NCBI GenBank assembly: GCA_021613535.1
Contig: CP075496.1
Span: forward strand, 5,952,001 to 6,016,000
DNA from: Adineta vaga
Taxonomy: Eukaryota; Animalia; Rotifera
Length of the DNA stretch: 64,000 nt
Direction of reading: 5' to 3'
Shown here piece after piece: positions 14,801 through 28,400 of this stretch (its first letter is position 1; every line of letters starts with the position of its first letter). A program made the position numbers and the translations under genes. The notes beneath the pieces were generated by a model. It was not told the DNA's origin. It made no database searches and worked only from the letters and a program-made list of their open reading frames with translations.

Positions 14801-15513
14801 GAATTTCATTATTACCTCATTATAAAAGAAATTAATTGAATGTGAATTTAATTTCAATGATAAAGTTTTAAGAAAAGATATATAATATGCTGTTATTTCT
14901 TCATCATTAAAATCAAATTTATGTACAATTATGCTATTAACATGATTATTGGATAGAAGATAATCTGTAAAATAAATGGCCAAATATTAATTTGATTTTT
15001 TGATAAGAATTTTAACTTACATAAAGATGTTTCATGGCGAATATTTTCAAAGAGAATATTGAGTGTTTGTAGAATTTGTACACATATATAACGTCCATTT
15101 TTTTGACGCATATAATTTAAGAAATACGTTAGCATACCACGTTCGAGAAAAACACTACGAAGAATGAATGAATTTAATTTTAAGATTTCAAATATTTACA
15201 TCTTGAATTGCGATTTGAAATTCAAATCATAACTTACTCAAATACTGAACTATCATTTTGATCGCCCCAAATGAGAATTTCTGATATACATCGTAATGAT
15301 TCAATTAATAAATCTCGATTTGCATCTGATACAGTTGGATTTCGATTTAACACTCCGTATAAATATCTGAATGAAATAACGTTTAGAATGAGATTTTGTT
15401 TTGTTGTTGTTGTTGTTGTTGTCAATAACTTACTTAAGATTTTCAAGTGAATGTGGATTTCGTGGTTTTGTTTGTCCAAACAAACCATTTTTCGCTCGAG
15501 TAAATACAGACAT
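8846..15513 (-). CDS. CLEC16A: CLEC16A / GOP-1 / Ema family protein (FPL domain)
   Basis: [11 protein letters not shown]|[69 protein letters not shown] and [12 protein letters not shown]-terminal exons continue beyond a ~1.9 kb intron (9773-11717) to a stop at 8846. Confidence 0.93.
10163..11725 (+). CDS. Intronless type I transmembrane leucine-rich-repeat protein nested antisense in a CLEC16A intron
   Basis: ~520 aa ORF with signal peptide ([20 protein letters not shown]), Cys cap, LRRs ([24 protein letters not shown]), LRRCT (NFWYCSC), TM ([24 protein letters not shown]) and a cytoplasmic tail. Confidence 0.85.
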   Translation: MIQQSKIMKIFRIISILIFLFLQISYSNSSCLSCSSNLCYQCYNRLPIDRTNVENLTIICNQTNDFFQQEDEHFYSIIRTFTMINCTMKTLYLNFYTLWNYLDSISILHANLTHLSPFIFNRSLSYSSLPILYSVKTLNLSHNSIRIINKNFSFYFPSLEKLDLSYNHLILIKKKTFINLIYLKVLYLNNNYLKQILPNIFPRQSLYSINLNKNFWYCSCANILTLTISQPIPICYSPKEFQNQNASLIARQCFLRTKANLLIIINQNYKLNLTCTLSSITDTWRNKINHNLTVTSIWHLEQHRLISTNQLSNLTNQYLICFNFSSTHRESIHTIIPLSFPRITSSNTHTTTKLSPIFLWILNTSRNILPKTFRTSDKRILIVWLILLSIAFIIFVFLIYFLYHNRTLDRYYLKKPYSFTRFDKDSPSHQHRTLFNANCTCKNHKCLCQYRRRVHSTLQLSKSKSSNLLNKDIYSIRPLLIEPNELRYAKIKRISSTKELTNDCSTGEFRTVVKMKSLPS

Positions 15514-15783
15514 TAGAATTGAAATCTACAACTGATTTGATAGTAAAATGTTTATTCTTTTGGTCAAAGAGAGAGGAAAGAAAAGTATGTTTTTTTTGCT
15601 TTTTTGTCTATCCATCGTTGGATGTTTAGATTTTATTAAAAGAAACATGAACATAATGTTTCTCAAAACAAAAACAAAAAGTGTAACAACGGATTTTTCT
15701 TGTATTTTTTCTTTGTTATATCTTTTGTTGAATATCTTGTAATGATCGTTCTAATAATTGAGAATAGTTTGTTAACAAAAGAT

Positions 15784-16399
15784 TTATTCTCTATTTAACA
15801 TCTTTTGTCGTTTAAGTTTCTTCTTTGATTCTTTCTTTTTGGCTGCTGGTTCATCTTCAGCTGCACCACCAGTACGTGTTAGAAGATTTTCTTTTTCACA
15901 TAAAATAATTTCAATATGACACGGTGATGATTGATATGGATTAATACGACCATGTGCACGATATGTTCGGCGACGAATTTTTGGTGCACGATTAACTTGT
16001 ATATGATCAATAACAAGATGATCAACATCAAGACCTTTGACGTCAGCATTTGATTCAGCATTCTTTAGTAAATCTAAAAGAATTTCGGCCGATTTCTTTG
16101 GCCATCGACCTTGACTGACTTTGAAAACTTTAGCTTGTGCCTTACGGCTAACACCTCCATTGTAACGTTTGAATGGAACAATTTCCTTTTTATTGACAAC
16201 ATTTTTTAAATAACGAGTTGCACGTCGTAAAGTCATACGTCTAAGGTTATTAGCTGTTTCACGTGTATTTTTGAAGTGAACACGTAAATAGGCACCGCGT
16301 GTTTTGCAAGCTTTTGCTGGATTTTCAACAGTACCTGAAAGAATTCGATTTAATTTTGATCGATAATTTAAAAATAAACGTACGTGAATAACGGACCAT
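15784..16399 (-). CDS. RPL17: 60S ribosomal protein L17 (uL22)
   Basis: True start MVRYS at 16399, one short intron (~16335-16382), then [12 protein letters not shown]...QGRWPKKSA...[14 protein letters not shown]. Confidence 0.97.
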
Positions 16400-18611
16400 G
16401 GTGTTAATTTCTTGTTCGTAGGAAAACAAATAGATGAAAGAAGAGAACAAGATCTAGAAAGATAGAAAAAAGGTTCATTTTCTTTTGATAGAAATCGTTT
16501 GAAATTCAAATCGAAGGAATTCTTTGAAATCATAATATAATATAATATACATATTTGTGTTTATTTGTAAATTTTGGACTGACTAATAAACAAGATCAAA
16601 TGGTGATGGCCAACCAGAAAGTTAATGTAGTATACTATCAGGAAGAATTCAGAATCAAAATTATTTGTATTTAATTATAAATAGGAATGTAAAAAAAATA
16701 TATTCTAATTTTTTATTGAGATATTGATAAATATTGAGTGATTTTAATATAGATGACACCACTGTCCTAAGTAAGATTACTATTAACGCTTTTGTAGGTG
16801 ACTTGTGCATGCTTAGAAGTAAAGAAGAAAAAAAGTCTTTTCAAGTGTTAGGCAGAGCTAATAGAATGATCGATGACTTCTTATTGACAAACTATTTGAA
16901 ACGGATAAGAATATTCCTTATGAAATTGTGTAAATCCTCTCTAGTTCGTGATTAGAATATGTGAGCTAGTAGTAGATATGAATCGTTTGTTCATTGATTA
17001 GAAAATACCAGTCAAGTTTGACATTTATTTTGGAATTCAGATATATTATTCTAAATAGTTGTATAAGAAGAATTATAAATAACGTGAATAATATATTGAT
17101 AAAACAGATTGTTGGTCCATGAGAAAATTTAAGATAAATTTATATAAAATTCTATGAAATCTGACCTCTTTCTTAGCACATATCACTAATATGTCTGAGC
17201 CGAACATTCTAGCATCCGTTAATGGTACATTATTATTTTGTTGATTATATTTATCGATTGATAACATTATTTTGAAAATAATGTAAACAATTAACAATGG
17301 CGAAGTTTTTTCTTTCTCATCGATAAAGTTGAATTAAAGTACAGGCACTCAGGGCAACAAGAATTATTGAAGAAAAGATGTGTTAGATTAGATTGTATAT
17401 AATTTGCTCTGCATATCATATTAAGCAATTAGATTACCACTGCAATTATTATATTGAGTAACAATTATTCATATTTATAGCCACTTTCAAGTAAAGGACG
17501 AAGAATATATTATCTTTAGTTGTTTGTCGTACATCAATCATTACACTATCAATCACATTTGAACTCAATTTAGGAAGTATAAGTATAGTCATTGAGTAAC
17601 GATAGTTTATAATAAAACAATTCTTCAAAAAGAGCGAATGTATACTCGATAAACATACAGCAACATAATTTGTTATAAAACTCCTTTCATGTTTGTCATC
17701 TATGGATATGTTAGGTTACTTTTCGCATTGAATGAAAGACTCTATAGTGATTCGTAATTATATTCCCCAATCTCATCTATTTCATATTCAAATGATGAAA
17801 TGAACGAATGATCGCTATGTATGTTTTAACATCGTATCGAGTTGGTCTTCTATTTGTCAATATATATCTCATTACGCCATACTTTGTTCACTAGGGATTA
17901 TTTCTATTGTTTTTCTAGCTTCTCACTATACAATCAATCAATCAATCAATACTCAATACTATTTGTTATGTCAATCCTTTCAACACTACTGAACTTGTTA
18001 GTAGTAACACAATGCCATCTTAAAATAACTGTTGTATAATTTTAGTTAATCAATGAACAACCTAGAAAGTCCGTTTAAATGTTGAAATAATAAGTATTAA
18101 ACGACAGAAGAGTCATTGAAGCACGATATAACATATATTCATCACATTTTATTATGGTTAAATAATGTAATGTATTCACATTTCGTTTCTTTCTTTATAG
18201 CAACATCATACTGTCACAAGAGAAGAAGAATAGAAAAGAATTGTCCGTTCAAGTTAGCCATTCTAGATGTCGCCATACAATGAAATTTTATACAATCCAT
18301 TCTGATAATAAAAAATATTAGGAATAAAATAACTTTTTATCTTTTTACAATGACAAAATCTATTTTCTAATGATAAAATGAAATGACTAATCAAATTTTG
18401 ATTTCATTGGCTTGGCTTAAAATCATCTGCTGTTCTATGTGTCATACACTCTTCTTATCTCTATATTCTTATTATGCTAATGCTCACGATGAAATCCATG
18501 CATTTAAATCGTGTATGAGAAAAATCTAATCTCTTGCTATTCCAAATATTTCATTTTAGATATATATTTCTTTACTTTTTTTTACATTTGTACATATTCT
18601 CTATTGACTAT

Positions 18612-20003
18612 ATGTTCGTCTGTCTATTTTTGTTTTTCTTCATTTCAACTTTCAATAATATCAATGCTGCTGATATACAATATCCAGCTATATTTATTCC
18701 AGGTGATGGTGGTTCACAAATCTGGGCACGATTAAATCGTACAGTTCCTCCACCACATTTTTTCTGCTATCGTCATTCAGATTGGTTTGAATTATGGCTC
18801 AATCTTGAATTAATTACTCCAGAAGTGATTGATTGTTTTGTCGATAATATGCGTTTGATTTATAATGAAACGACAAAGAAAACATCGAATTTACCAGGTG
18901 TAGAAACACAAATACCTGGCTTTGGAAACACATCAACTGTTGAATATTTTGATTCATCACAGTTTTCTTATTCAGCATATTTTGCACAAATTATAAAAAA
19001 TCTAGTAACACTTGGTTTTACACGAGGCATTAATTTACGTGGTGCTCCGTAAGTTTATTTTGTTTTTCTAAACGTAAATTTTTATTTGTTCTATATCTTA
19101 GATATGATTTTCGTCTTGGTCTTGATGAACAAGGTGAATGGTTTAAAAATTTCACACAATTAGTCATCGATACATATGAATTAAATAATCAAACAAAGGT
19201 AGTACTTGTTACACATAGTATGGGAGGTTTGTTATTTGTTTTTTTTGTATGATTAGAATTTCTGATGAGACTTCTTCTTAGGTCCATTCGCTCTCTATTG
19301 GCTTCATCAACAAACAGCGGAATTTAAAGAAAAATATATTAAATCAATGATCAATATTGCAGCACCATGGGGTGGTGCAATAAAAGCACTTCGATTAATG
19401 ATTAGTGGAGATAATATCGATGTAAGATATTTAACAAAAGCATTCTTTAAGTACATTGAAATTGATTGTATTTTTATTGTTTAGGTATATGTTGTTTCTC
19501 CTCTTCGTGTTCGACCTTATCAACGTTCCGCTCCGTCGACTGCATTTGTTATGCCTAGTGTCAATTTTTGGGGTAAAGATGAAGTCGTTGTTGTCACAGC
19601 TCAACGTAATTATACTGTCAATGATTATCAAGATCTATTTAATGATATAAAATTTCCAACTGGTTATCAATATTGGATCAATAATAAAGATTTACTTGAT
19701 GAATTGAAACCACCTGAAATTGAAATACATGAAATATATGGTAGTCAAATGCGTACACCCGGTGTATTTCTATATAATAATCGTACATTTCCTGATTTAC
19801 AACCGGATTGGTTACCTGATAATGGAGATGGAACAGTTAATATGAGAAGTTTACTTGGTTTTAAAAATTGGGAAGGTAAACAAAAAGCAGACATACATAG
19901 TTTAGAAATTCCTGGTGGTGAACATCTAGCTATTCTAAGACATCCAACAACAATCAATTATATTGCTCAAGTACTTACTGGTCAATTTGATAAAAAGAAA
20001 TAG
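18612..20003 (+). CDS. PLA2G15: Group XV lysosomal phospholipase A2 / LCAT family
   Basis: Signal peptide, FIPGDGGSQI, CFVDNMRLIYN, LRGAP|YDFR, nucleophile elbow THSMG, DGDGTVN-like (NGDGTVN) and EHLAIL; 4 exons. Confidence 0.9.
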
Positions 20004-20702
20004 ACTTATGTTTTGTATGCATGTATATATAGACAAACATATATATATATATATATCTATACTGAATCAATCGTTTGATTTCCGATAATTATGTGTATGT
20101 CTATATATATATATATATGTATGTCTGTCATAGAGAAGAAAAAGAACCGCTCATATTTGTTCGGTTGTTTTTCTTATATAAACATTTTGTGTGATTTATT
20201 GTAAAAAAAAAGAAAAAAGAAAATGAGTTGGTCAGCAGAAATGATTATCTCTACAACGTTTTGCTTGTGTCATTAACCGTATATTCATAGAAGAAAGATG
20301 AATGTATGACCTAGTTAAATGAAGGAGAAGATTGATTATCCGATTGAACGAGAAAGAACGTCCTAAATTGCCTATTTCTATATAAATGTTGATGGTGTAT
20401 ATTTTTCTTCGTTTTCTCTTCATTCTCCTCCTCTTTTTCTATTTCTTTCATTGTCTTTCGTCGTGATGAGTTTCTATTTACATATGGATGAGAGAAAAGA
20501 GAAGTGGTCGTGATGGTGCACGCGTATCATCTAACCGAAAAAGGTGTTGAACATGTTCTGATGACACCGTCAATAGGGAGAGATATCTAAGCCACTGAGA
20601 ACGGCAAAGTGTGGCGCTCTAAACTAGATATTGAATAATCTTAGCGATCGTCTTCATATTATCTTCACTTTTAATTTCATTTGTCTTTCAGATGTTACAA
20701 TA

Positions 20703-23700
20703 ATGTTGACAAAGGAGCAACAGTTACTTTCTTTTGATGGAGATATTCTATCAACAGATAAAGAACATGATGATCTAGCTAAACTTAGTTTTCTAACAGA
20801 AGATATTCTATTAGAACAATTAAAACAACGATATGAAAGAGATGTGATCTATGTAAGTTTTTTTGTTCTTTTCATTTCAATGAAATTATAACTTTAATTT
20901 GTATCTAGACTTATCTTGGAGATATCCTTGTTGCTGTCAATCCATTCCATGAAACAAGTCTATATACCGTAAAGGTAAGAAAAGAAGGAGTCTAATGACG
21001 AAGGTCAAACAAAGATTGTCATTCCATAAAAAAAATTTGATAATAAACATTTTTTCTATGTTATGTACTAATTAGATTCGTGATCTTTATCGATATTCAA
21101 CTGATGTTCATAAACCACCTCATGTTTATGCACTTGTCGATCTTGTTTATCGAAATGTTTGCCATGGCATCTACAATCAACAATGCTGTGTAATCAGGTA
21201 AAAACAAACAAATTAATCTTATAAAACTATTCTAAAACTTTCGTTTCTATTTTTGTTTGCAGTGGTGAATCAGGTTCAGGAAAAACAGAAAGTACAAAAT
21301 TATTTTTAAAACAATTAATGTATCTATGTGGTGGTAGTTCTCAATTAGAACAACAGATCTTACAAGTGATGACTGATATATTCTTTGATTGATTTGAAAT
21401 TATATTGTTGATCTTTTTAGGCAACACCATTACTGGAAAGTTTTGGTAATGCACAAACTGTGATGAATAACAACTCAAGTCGATTTGGAAAATATATTGC
21501 TTTGAAATTTGTCAATGGGAAAGGTAAATTGCATATATATTTGATAATAAATGTTTATCATACTATTGATTTTCTTTGTAGTGATTGGTGCTCAGATTAG
21601 TGACTATCTCTTAGAAAAATCTCGTGTAGTAACACAAAGTCCAGGCGAAAGGAATTTTCATATATTTTATTATCTATTTGATTATCTCCCGTCAGAAGTC
21701 AAAAATATGCTATGTCTCCATACAAAACATGACTACAGGTAGATAAGTTATATTTTACACAATGTTTACATTAATTTTCTTTGAAGATATCTTCTGACAA
21801 ATTCAACAACCTATGTACAAAATAGTAGTACTGGAAATTCATTAGATGAAGTAACGAATGCAATGGGTTTGCTGAATTTTACCGATAAAGTACGTATTAA
21901 AGAGGCAATGTATCCTCAAGAATACTTTCATATAGACTACAGCAAACTATTGATCTAGTTCATATTATAAATATTTATAGTATCTAACTATGAAACATAT
22001 TCATAGAGAAGAAAGAATTCGATTTTTTCTGTTTTTTCTCTTTAGGAACAACATTCCATGTTTCGTATTCTATCTGGTATTTTAACCGTTGGTAATTTGG
22101 AATTTTCTACCGATGATGAAGGTTTTACTCGACAAATTTTCGATGAAGAAAAAACTAAAAATAATCTCTCAATAATCGCTGTATGTCAAACAAAATTCTT
22201 TACTATGAATTTCATCTTCTTCATTCTTTAGAATATGTTTGGTGTAAATTCAGATTTAATTATGGAATGTTTAACAACAATAACAACATTAACACGAAAT
22301 GAACGAGTTACTAGAAAATACAGTTTGCAATCGAGTCAAGGTATTTCAATGAAATTTGATGTTCAAAATAAAACGATTGTATTTAGATGCTCGTGATGCT
22401 CTATCAAAACATCTCTATGCTCGTCTGTTTTCTTGGTTAATTGGAAAAATTAATGAAACATTAAATAATCCATATCCTTCTCAACACTTTTTTCAAATTG
22501 CTGAAATTGGTCTTTTAGACATTTATGGTTTGTAGATCGATTTAGTTTGGATCATTGTTCATAAAAAATGTTATGTCTAAAATTATTCAATAGGTTTTGA
22601 ACATTTTGAATTGAATAGTTTCGAACAATTATGTATCAATTTAGCCAATGAACAAATTCAATTTTTCTTTAATCAAGTATGTACGAAGGAGATCGATTGC
22701 GAAGAAAACAGTTGATTAAATCTATTCGTTTTTATTTTAGCATATTTTTCGTATGGAAATGATGGAATATGAGAGTGAAGGAATCATAGCTCAAACATTA
22801 TCCTTCACAGATAATCATTCCTTATTGGTAAAAATACAATCAATGCTTATTTCTTGTCAAAGAAAAATGATTCTGTCTTCTTTTTAGGAATTATTTATGG
22901 CAAAACCATTGGGTATTCTTTCACTATTAGATGATGAAAGTCGACTTCCAAAAGTAAGAAATGATATTATTAATAACAAAGATTGACATTGAATATTGAT
23001 TTAACAGGCATCTGATCAAACATTTGTGGAAAAATTGAATTATCATTTTGGCTCAAATAAACATGAATGTTATTTGATCAATCGAAATAATAAACATTCA
23101 TTTACAATTCATCATTATGCGGGCAAAGTTTCCTATTGTGCATTAGGTTTTTTGGAAAAAAATCGTGATACATTATCAGATAGTGTGGTCGATATGTTTA
23201 AGAATAGTCAAGATGATCTTATTCGACTACTTTTTCATGGAAATCCATCCGATGGAACGAGCAATATGAATAATAGAGTAATAGAAAAGATTTTTTAAAT
23301 CAGATTATGAAAGATCATTTTGATTCTTTTCAGCTTCAACATCGAACAGCTGCAGAAAAAGATGCTCGAAATCGATTGACTGTTGGTGCTCAATATCGAG
23401 TAAGTCAAATATTTTCTACATCATCTATGATAATATTTGTATCTGTATTAGATTTCTTTACAAATTCTTATGGATCGTATGTGTGCATCACATCCCGTAT
23501 TCATGCGTTGTATTAAACCAAATCAACAGAAACAGGCACATTTATTTGATGATACATTTGTTCGTGCACAAGTAAGATTTTCTTCGACAGAAAAAAAGGA
23601 TCAATTGTATATCTTTATTTTTACATCAATTAGCTTCGTTATTGTGGAATGTTAGAAACAACACGAATTCGTAAAGAAGGATATTCTGTACGTTTAACAT

Positions 23701-25366
23701 TCGAAGAATTCATACGAAAGTAATTCCTTTTTTCTAATCTTTATCTTTTTTCTTATCTAAATCTAACGATGAATAGATATGGTATTTTATCGAAAATTCA
23801 CTCTTCAAATTCATCATTGAGTACATGTCATCATATACTTGAAGAAACGAAATTAACTGAATGGCAATTAGGGTATGAAAATTTTCTTATTCAAAACTTT
23901 CATTTTTTCAACATTCGATTTCAATAGGAAAACAAAAGTTTTTCTCAAATATTACCATCCCGAACAATTGGAAAAATCAATGAACAAATATCGCAAAGCA
24001 GCTTTGTTAATTCAACGAAGTAAACTGTTTATACTTTAATAAATCGAATGACTGTTTTGCATTCAATATTCATTTTGTAGCACTTCGTGGTTATACAGCA
24101 AGAAAATTATTCCGTGAATTAAAATCAGCATCGAAAACTTGTCGAAATGAAGTGAATGAATTTTGTATTCATGCTGAAGATATGTCTAATCAATATGCAT
24201 ATGCATTAACTCAACTGAATGAAAAACTTCCAGGTATGATATTCTCTAAGATACAACGAAATTTTCTTATTCAATAAAAGAATCTTGAGGGTATGAAAGC
24301 GAACATGTAATTTTCCCTTTAACTTCTATCGAGAAGGTTTAGGGTTAGGCATTTATCTGCAACTATCAGTGTTTATTTTTAATGATTTCTCAAAACAATC
24401 GTTTAATTAATAGGTAAAACAGTCACCTGTTGTCATCATAGAACAGGATCTTCGTCCTCGTCCACCTGTACGTGAAAGTTCATTACATTCTTCATCACAT
24501 CTGATTAATAATGGAACAGCTGGCAAATATTCTTTACCAACAATAAAAACGCCATCAATTCCAACTACACCAACGAGTACTCTAACTACCAATCAATTGA
24601 TGGTTGATTATGATTCCTTACTTTCCTATTTAACACTTAAATATGGTTCACCAGGTGAACGTGAATCTTGTTTAAGGTTAGTTTATCCAAAAATATATAT
24701 AATTTTCTTTTTGAAATAAAGCTCTATGTAATAGATGGTTTCGTGATACACAATATCCATATGTATGTCAGAATGGCACATTTCCAAATTGGTTCCATGG
24801 AAATATTACTCGACAGTAAGAATTATTCAATCTTGTCACTTAGACTCGAAAACACAAGTTTTGATGTTTTTAGTCGAGCAGAAGATTTACTAAAAAGTCA
24901 ACCTATTGGTTGTTTTCTCATACGTCTAAGTGAAAGTCGTTTTGGTTTTTCATTATCATTCCGGTAACTATTCTAATTTTTCAAAGACAAACTTAAATTT
25001 AAAATAATTTTGAATATTTAGAGCTGAAGATCGATGTCGTCATTATATGATAAATCAATTAAAAAATTCTAAATACAATGTAATTGGTGAATCAAAAGTC
25101 CATCAATCACTTGATACATTGATTGAATATTATCGAACAGTTCGTTTTCATTTTAATTAATAGTTTGATTTTTATTTTTTCGTTTGTAGCATGAATTATC
25201 AAATTGGAATGGTCGATTAACAGATCCATGTAAAGCAGATTGGTCACAATATGATCATGAATCTTTAATGCCACTTCCAAATCTTCCGAACAATCGTCCT
25301 TATCATCCGATGAAAAGTATTCCGAATCGAACTCATGTAAATAATATCACAATTGTAGTTACATAA
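20703..25366 (+). CDS. Unconventional myosin with IQ motif and C-terminal SH2 domain (class XXVIII-like)
   Basis: P-loop GESGSGKT, switch [10 protein letters not shown], switch II DIYGFE, RCIKPN, IQR|ALRGYTARK and SH2 ([33 protein letters not shown]). No N-terminal kinase domain. Confidence 0.85.
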
Positions 25367-26150
25367 TTATCTGAGAAAAAAAAATAAATATCTATTTTAG
25401 AAAGTGATAAATTAATTCAAAAAATGAAAGCATTCGAGTAGGAGAAATAAGAATACTAATCATGCTTTTGGTTTTTCGCTTGCTTTGATTCTGTAATTCA
25501 AATATTTGCTTGAAATTCTTTTGATACTTGATTAGTCAGAAAACAAAAGATTCTATTCGCTAGATATGTATCTATAGATTGAAATCGTCATTCATTTTTT
25601 TCTATGAATAATACTTTTCGATAATCGTACATGTTTTACTGCTTTTCTTCTTCTCAACTTGCTTCTTTATAACATATATTCTCGAAACATTTTTCGTTTA
25701 GACGATCTCAACATCACCACTATCATGTTTTTCAAATCCATATTCTTCGAAACTTTTTACTACTCGTCCAATGTTAATCAACAATGCGTTTAATACTACT
25801 ATGAAATTACCCATCGCTATCGTTCCACCGTTTACGAAATAAAATTTCCGTTGAATTTTTCTCATTTATATCAAAATTTGTCAATCTAGTCATGATACAT
25901 TTGTTTGATAATTTTATTTTTCTTTCTCATATAACAGTGAATTTATTTCCTAGAAATCTCCTAGAAATAAATTCTCTCTCATGATGCTTTTTTTTGTGTT
26001 TGTGCTATTGTAACTTAGATCAATTATTTATCTTCGATGTTTGATATAGAATTAAAATGCTAAATATCTATTTTGAAATTTGTATATAAGCATATATTTA
26101 ACTATGTTTTGTGTTTGAAATAAATTTTAGACAATAGGTCTTTTCTTCGT

Positions 26151-28096
26151 ATGTTCAGCTTTCGTCGAAAGAAAAATCTTATTGAAAATGATGAAAGTTT
26201 TCATGAACTTGAAGAAGTTGTTCATAAACTTCATCAAGACGGAAATGGACGAATACGTATCGGTGATTTAGAAGCAGCTTTACAACGTATCGATGAAGAT
26301 AATCGATCAAAACCAGAACGAAAGAAACAAGTGAGAAAATTCCGTGAGTTGAATAACAGTAGAGAATATTAGAAATTTGATTTCTATTGTTTATATTTTA
26401 GTTACATCATTAAAACCGAAAGGTGATCGAATCGATGGAGAGAAATTCCTTCAAATAATGCTCGAAAGACAAAAAGAATTAAAATTAAGGTAATACTGTT
26501 TGTTCAATCAATGAAATTGTTTGATAAAATTCTCTTTTAGTTTTGAAGAAATTGATTTAAATAAAGATGGTGTTGGTAAGAGAAAGATTTCGCTTCGAAA
26601 AGTTTTTATTCATGTTTTATATTTTAGTTGATCCAATCGAATTAGCGAAAGCCTTTTCACGTTTAAAAATTGTTTTAAAAAAGAAAGATCTGATGAAAAT
26701 TATTGAAGTACTTGATCGAGATAAAGATTTCAATATAACATTTTCCGAATGGCAAACATATTTTCGTTTTGCACCATCGACTGAATTAGAAGCATCACTT
26801 CGTTCATGGCGACGTGGTGTACAAGTAGATACAATTAATGAACAACAAATGCCGAATTCTTATACTGAAAAAGAACGTGAAAATGGATTTTATGCTCGAC
26901 ATTTTATTGCTGGTGCACTTTCAGGAATGGTTAGTCGAACAGTAACAGCACCATTAGATCGATTGAAAATATATATGCAAGCTATGGGAAAGAAAAAGTT
27001 ATTAAATACAGCAAGGTAGATTTCGGTTTTCTTCCGATGAAAATTGATGGGAATGTGTGCTTTTTCTATTGTTTGAAGTACTTTGTATGGAGAAGGTGGT
27101 GGTGGTGTCAAAGGTATTCGATCATTTTGGCGTGGTAACGGTATTGCTGTGTTCAAAATGACACCGGAAATGGCACTTCGACAGGGAATTTTTGAAACAT
27201 TTCGAGAACTTCGTGGCGATTATGATGAAATTGTAAGAATTTGTTTTGGTTAATTAGATTTATTAGAACAGTTTTCTTTAGATTGTTTCACCAGTCACAA
27301 ATAAAGAGTTATTTGGTTTAGGATGTTTATCTGGTTTCATTGCTCAAACATGCATTTATCCATTAGAAGTTCTCAAAACACAAGGTAAAGAACATATTAT
27401 TCATACATCATATTTTTCTCAAGTCACTGTTCGTTATCTTTTAGCTGCCATGAGAACAACTGGACAATATAGTTCAATCTTAGATCTTATTCGAAAACTT
27501 TATCGAAGTGAAGGTTGGCGAGTATTCTATCGAGGTTATCTGGCTAATTCTCTTGGAGGTAGATGATACCACATTTTAAAATATAATTCGTTCAAATTTG
27601 TTTGTTATCCCAATTTTTAGTATTTCCTGCTGCTGGTATCGATTTTGCTCTGTATGAATATCTTCGACGAGTTTATCGAGAAAAAGTTACCTCTTTAGAA
27701 GAACCCAGTATGTGCAAGAATCTCGTTCATATTCATTCTAAATAGACATTATCTATTGTAGGTATCGCGACGCTCACAATGATCTCTAATGTCAGCGCTT
27801 TAGCAGCAATGTACGCTTCATATCCATTATATCTCATACGAACAAGGCAACAGTATCAGATTGTACCAGAAAATATGTTTGAAATGATGGGTAAAATATG
27901 GAGGTAATAATTCAACAAAAATACTTCTATTTTTTTTCGATAAAAAAAAGTAAATCATTTACTTAAAAATAGGATCGATGGTTGGCGTGGTTTCTACTTT
28001 GGTTCAATACCAAATTTGATCAAAGTTCTTCCTGCATCGACCGTTGCATATTTAACATTTGAATATTTTTCGAGTCTATTCGATATTGACGACTGA
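26151..28096 (+). CDS. Calcium-binding mitochondrial carrier SCaMC (SLC25A24/25-like ATP-Mg/Pi carrier)
   Basis: EF-hands (DLNKDG, DRDKDFNITFSEW) followed by carrier repeats (AGALSGMVSRTVTAPLDRLK, SFWRGNG, YPLEVLKT, PAAGIDFALYE). Confidence 0.9.
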
Positions 28097-28400
28097 TCAG
28101 TAAATCTATGTGTTTTTTTTTCTAATTATATAGTCTAGCATGTTTATTCCATAATCTGTGGAGATAATAATCTCTAGGTCTGACAAAAATGCAATATGAA
28201 GATGGATGTTCTTTGTTCTCTTTTTATATATATATATATATATATCTATTCTTGCATGATCAAAATTATATGTATAGATTATTTTCCTATAAGTGTTTGT
28301 TGTTTCATTTTTTGTCATGAAACTATAGTCATTGTTTCTTACAAAATCATAACCTATGAGCTATCGATTTATTCGATGTGATAATGAATAATAATTTCAG

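Noticed and set aside
16400-16533. N-terminal extension of the 249-aa RPL17 ORF
   Set aside because: Artefact of reading through the first intron and upstream DNA; the real start is MVRYS at 16399.
16734-18039. Short ORFs between RPL17 and PLA2G15
   Set aside because: No recognisable motifs or consistent exon chain; compatible with chance AT-rich ORFs or a decayed insertion.
24336-24349. Telomere-like GGTTTAGGGTTAGG in a myosin intron
   Set aside because: Only about two units; too short to call an interstitial telomere or an element.
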